Part shown: piece after piece, positions 61,171 to 64,000 of the stretch
Numbering within the stretch: the first letter of the stretch is position 1
How the letters are laid out: each line of letters begins with the position of its first letter
From: Gemmatimonadaceae bacterium
GTDB taxonomy: Bacteria; Gemmatimonadota; Gemmatimonadetes; Gemmatimonadales; Gemmatimonadaceae
Length of the DNA: 64,000 nt
Assembly: GCA_040901985.1 (NCBI GenBank)
Contig: JBBDYC010000011.1
Location: 36,897-100,896 of the forward strand
Direction: 5' to 3'
Program-made: the position numbers and the translations under genes
Notes under the pieces: model-generated
What the model was told of the DNA's origin: nothing
Seen by the model: the letters and a program-made list of their open reading frames with translations, nothing else
Database searches by the model: none

Positions 61171-61635
61171 ATGCGCGAGAAGGTCCCATTCGCACTGCTG
61201 TGTGTCGCGATCCTCGCGTTTGCTTGCGGGCCGCGTCAACGCAACGAATCGGCGACCTCCCGCTCCTCCGACCGGCCCACCGTCACCGCGCCCGCGGATG
61301 CGCCGCTCACGCCGTCACTCGACATCAAGGTCGGGGACGGCGTGCGGTTTGCCTTCAACGTGACGAACGACGGCGCGAAGAAGATCGAGGTGCTCTTCCC
61401 CGACGGCCGCACGCACGAGGTGCTCGTGCTCGATTCACTCGGCCGCGAGGTCTGGCGCTGGAGCGAGGGGCGGCTGTTCACGCAGGCGGTGCAGAACCGC
61501 GTGTTGCGCTCGAGCGACTCGTTGCGCTTTGAGGAGTCGTGGGCCAATGCGCGGCCCGGGAGCTACACCGTGATCGCGACGTTGGCGAGCGTGAACTTCC
61601 CGGTGGAACAGCGGGCGGAGTTCGTGGTCCGCTGA
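61171..61635 (+). CDS. Lipoprotein with BsuPI-like proteinase-inhibitor domain
   Basis: AFAC lipobox; EVWRWSEGRLFTQA motif. Confidence 0.75.
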   Translation: MREKVPFALLCVAILAFACGPRQRNESATSRSSDRPTVTAPADAPLTPSLDIKVGDGVRFAFNVTNDGAKKIEVLFPDGRTHEVLVLDSLGREVWRWSEGRLFTQAVQNRVLRSSDSLRFEESWANARPGSYTVIATLASVNFPVEQRAEFVVR

Positions 61636-61698
61636 ACCTTGGGGTGCCACGCCGCGTAGAGGTGAGGCACCCGACCCTCTCTTCTCCCCGAGCACTAC

Positions 61699-62712
<1,014 letters not shown>

Positions 62713-62739
62713 TAGCGGTATGCCAAGAGCGGTACGATT

Positions 62740-62864
62740 TTGCGGCGCGGGAACCACGCCTGGAAGGCCGCCCTGCCGTACTTCGCCCTCCTCTTCGGCA
62801 CGCGCTTCACGGATCACAGTTGATCTCGCAATCTGACTCACGCACAGAAATCCGTACAGGTCCC
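62740..62864 (+). mobile_element. IS256-family remnant (transposase C-terminus and right end)
   Basis: Frame RRGNHAWKAALPYFALLFGTRFTDHS* (stop 62821-62823) resembles IS256 transposase ends. It is followed by CACAGAAATCCGTACAGGTCCC, resembling an IS256 terminal repeat. Confidence 0.65.
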
Positions 62865-62924
62865 CGCCGCAGCATGACACGGTTATGCGTGGATCATGCG
62901 TCCGCAGTACAATCCTCGTTAGGC
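62865..62924 (+). mobile_element. Truncated attC (right arm) ending in R' GTTAGGC
   Basis: GCGTCCGCAGTACAATCCTCGTTAGGC parallels the right arm of the downstream attC, GCGTCCACAGCACAAGCCCACGTT. Confidence 0.65.
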
Positions 62925-62949
62925 CGATGGCATACTCGGGAGAAAGCCG

Positions 62950-63816
62950 CTGATCAAAAGACGCACAGTTCTCGTACTCGGCGCAGGCGCGAGCATCCCA
63001 TTCGGATTCCCATCTGGCTTCGAGTTGACCCGGCAGATATGGTCGGGCACAATGACCTCGGACCTCCTCAATTACGGATTTGCGGAACAGCGGATTACAC
63101 AGTTCCAGAGTGCACTCAGGGAGTCCGGCCAGCTTTCGGCAGATGCCTTCCTCGAGCTTCGACCGGAGTTCAGTTCGATCGGCAAGCTGGCGATCGCCCG
63201 AGCGCTAATCCCGTATGAACACAGCGCCCATCTGTTCGAAAGAGATGCGCCGCATTTGTACGATCTCATTTGGAAGGCGCTGAAAGCGCCGGTCAAGCAG
63301 TTCGGCGAGAATCGTCTCACGATTGTCACCTTTAATTACGATCGGTCGTTCGAACACTATCTGTGCCAAGTCGCTCACCACTCTTTCAATGCGCGAGGAA
63401 GTGAACTCCAAGAGTTGGTCAGTTGCGTACCTGTGCATCACGTCTACGGGTCGCTTGGCTCGCTCACTCAGCGAGCCTACGATGCCCGCGTGGACGCCGT
63501 ACTCGTCAACGTTGCGGCAGAAAGCCTGCGTGTAATGAACGAGCGCATCGAGACCGACCCCGAACTGACGGAAGCGCAGGCGGCGTTGGAGGACGCGCAG
63601 CGCGTCCTCTTCCTCGGATTTGGATACGATGAGCTCAATCTTCAACGGCTTCAGTGCGGTAAATGGGCGTCGACGACGGAGACCCTCGGCTCGGCATTCG
63701 GCCTACTTGATCGTGAAAGACAGCGCGTGCTTGACACGCTTCGTGGTGCTCGCTTGGCGTCTGCGGGAGACGACTGCGTCGTCACACTTCGTCGCCTCGC
63801 GCACCTGGAGGACTAG
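62950..63816 (+). CDS. SIR2-like (NAD-binding/NADase-type) protein in an integron cassette
   Basis: VLVLGAGASIPFGFPSG, IVTFNYDRSFE, HVYGSL, FLGFGY. The frame extends upstream of the ORF-track start to CTG 62950, after GGGAGA. Lower GC than its neighbours. Confidence 0.78.
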   Translation: MIKRRTVLVLGAGASIPFGFPSGFELTRQIWSGTMTSDLLNYGFAEQRITQFQSALRESGQLSADAFLELRPEFSSIGKLAIARALIPYEHSAHLFERDAPHLYDLIWKALKAPVKQFGENRLTIVTFNYDRSFEHYLCQVAHHSFNARGSELQELVSCVPVHHVYGSLGSLTQRAYDARVDAVLVNVAAESLRVMNERIETDPELTEAQAALEDAQRVLFLGFGYDELNLQRLQCGKWASTTETLGSAFGLLDRERQRVLDTLRGARLASAGDDCVVTLRRLAHLED

Positions 63817-63834
63817 CCGCTATCGCGCGCTACG

Positions 63835-63969
63835 GCCTAACGACGCTTGGTGACTGATGGCCGCGGTAGCGAGGCAGGTGAGCGGCCCCGCTCTGTCGTA
63901 CCTTTCGGTACAGCGGGGCCGCTCACCTGCATTTTATGAAAGCGTCCACAGCACAAGCCCACGTTGCTA
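63835..63969 (+). mobile_element. Integron attC site
   Basis: R'' GCCTAAC 63835-63841; imperfectly paired arms GCTTGGTGACTGATGGCCGC / GCGTCCACAGCACAAGC; perfect 19-bp inner stem 63874-63892/63912-63930; GTT at 63963. Confidence 0.72.
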
Positions 63970-64000
63970 TGACTGGGCATCCGTCAAGGGCACGATCTAC

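Noticed and set aside
63874..63930. 19-bp stem followed by ATTTT as a simple intrinsic terminator
   Set aside because: Better explained as the central part of the attC, although it could also terminate transcription.

Overview
GC-rich bacterial chromosome segment. Gene content and style suggest Gemmatimonadota, which is an inference. Most of it is tightly coupled housekeeping operons: menaquinone ubiD/ubiE, an ECF sigma/anti-sigma locus, a minor-pilin cluster, guaB, gpmI with pterin/Moco genes and dacB, nfeD-floA, etfBA-fadF, cstA-peptidase-ybdD, a GH109 sugar-salvage operon, and the Fo+delta half of ATP synthase. Two accessory regions stand out. (1) A small defence-like islet at 49.5-54.6 kb: an HigA-like XRE/nucleotidyltransferase pair, an AAA+DUF4143 ATPase and an MmeI-family type IIL R-M enzyme. 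(2) At the right end, an IS256 remnant abutting a truncated attC, then an integron-type cassette carrying a SIR2-like gene with a probable CTG start, closed by a full attC. No integrase lies in the window. Other signals: a near-perfect Rex box over the atp promoter, a SigW-type promoter before the anti-sigma gene, a C11 frameshift in cstA, and heptamer repeats after stop codons. No rRNA, tRNA or CRISPR array was seen. All calls come from motif reading without database searches, and many start codons were re-chosen from the ORF track.
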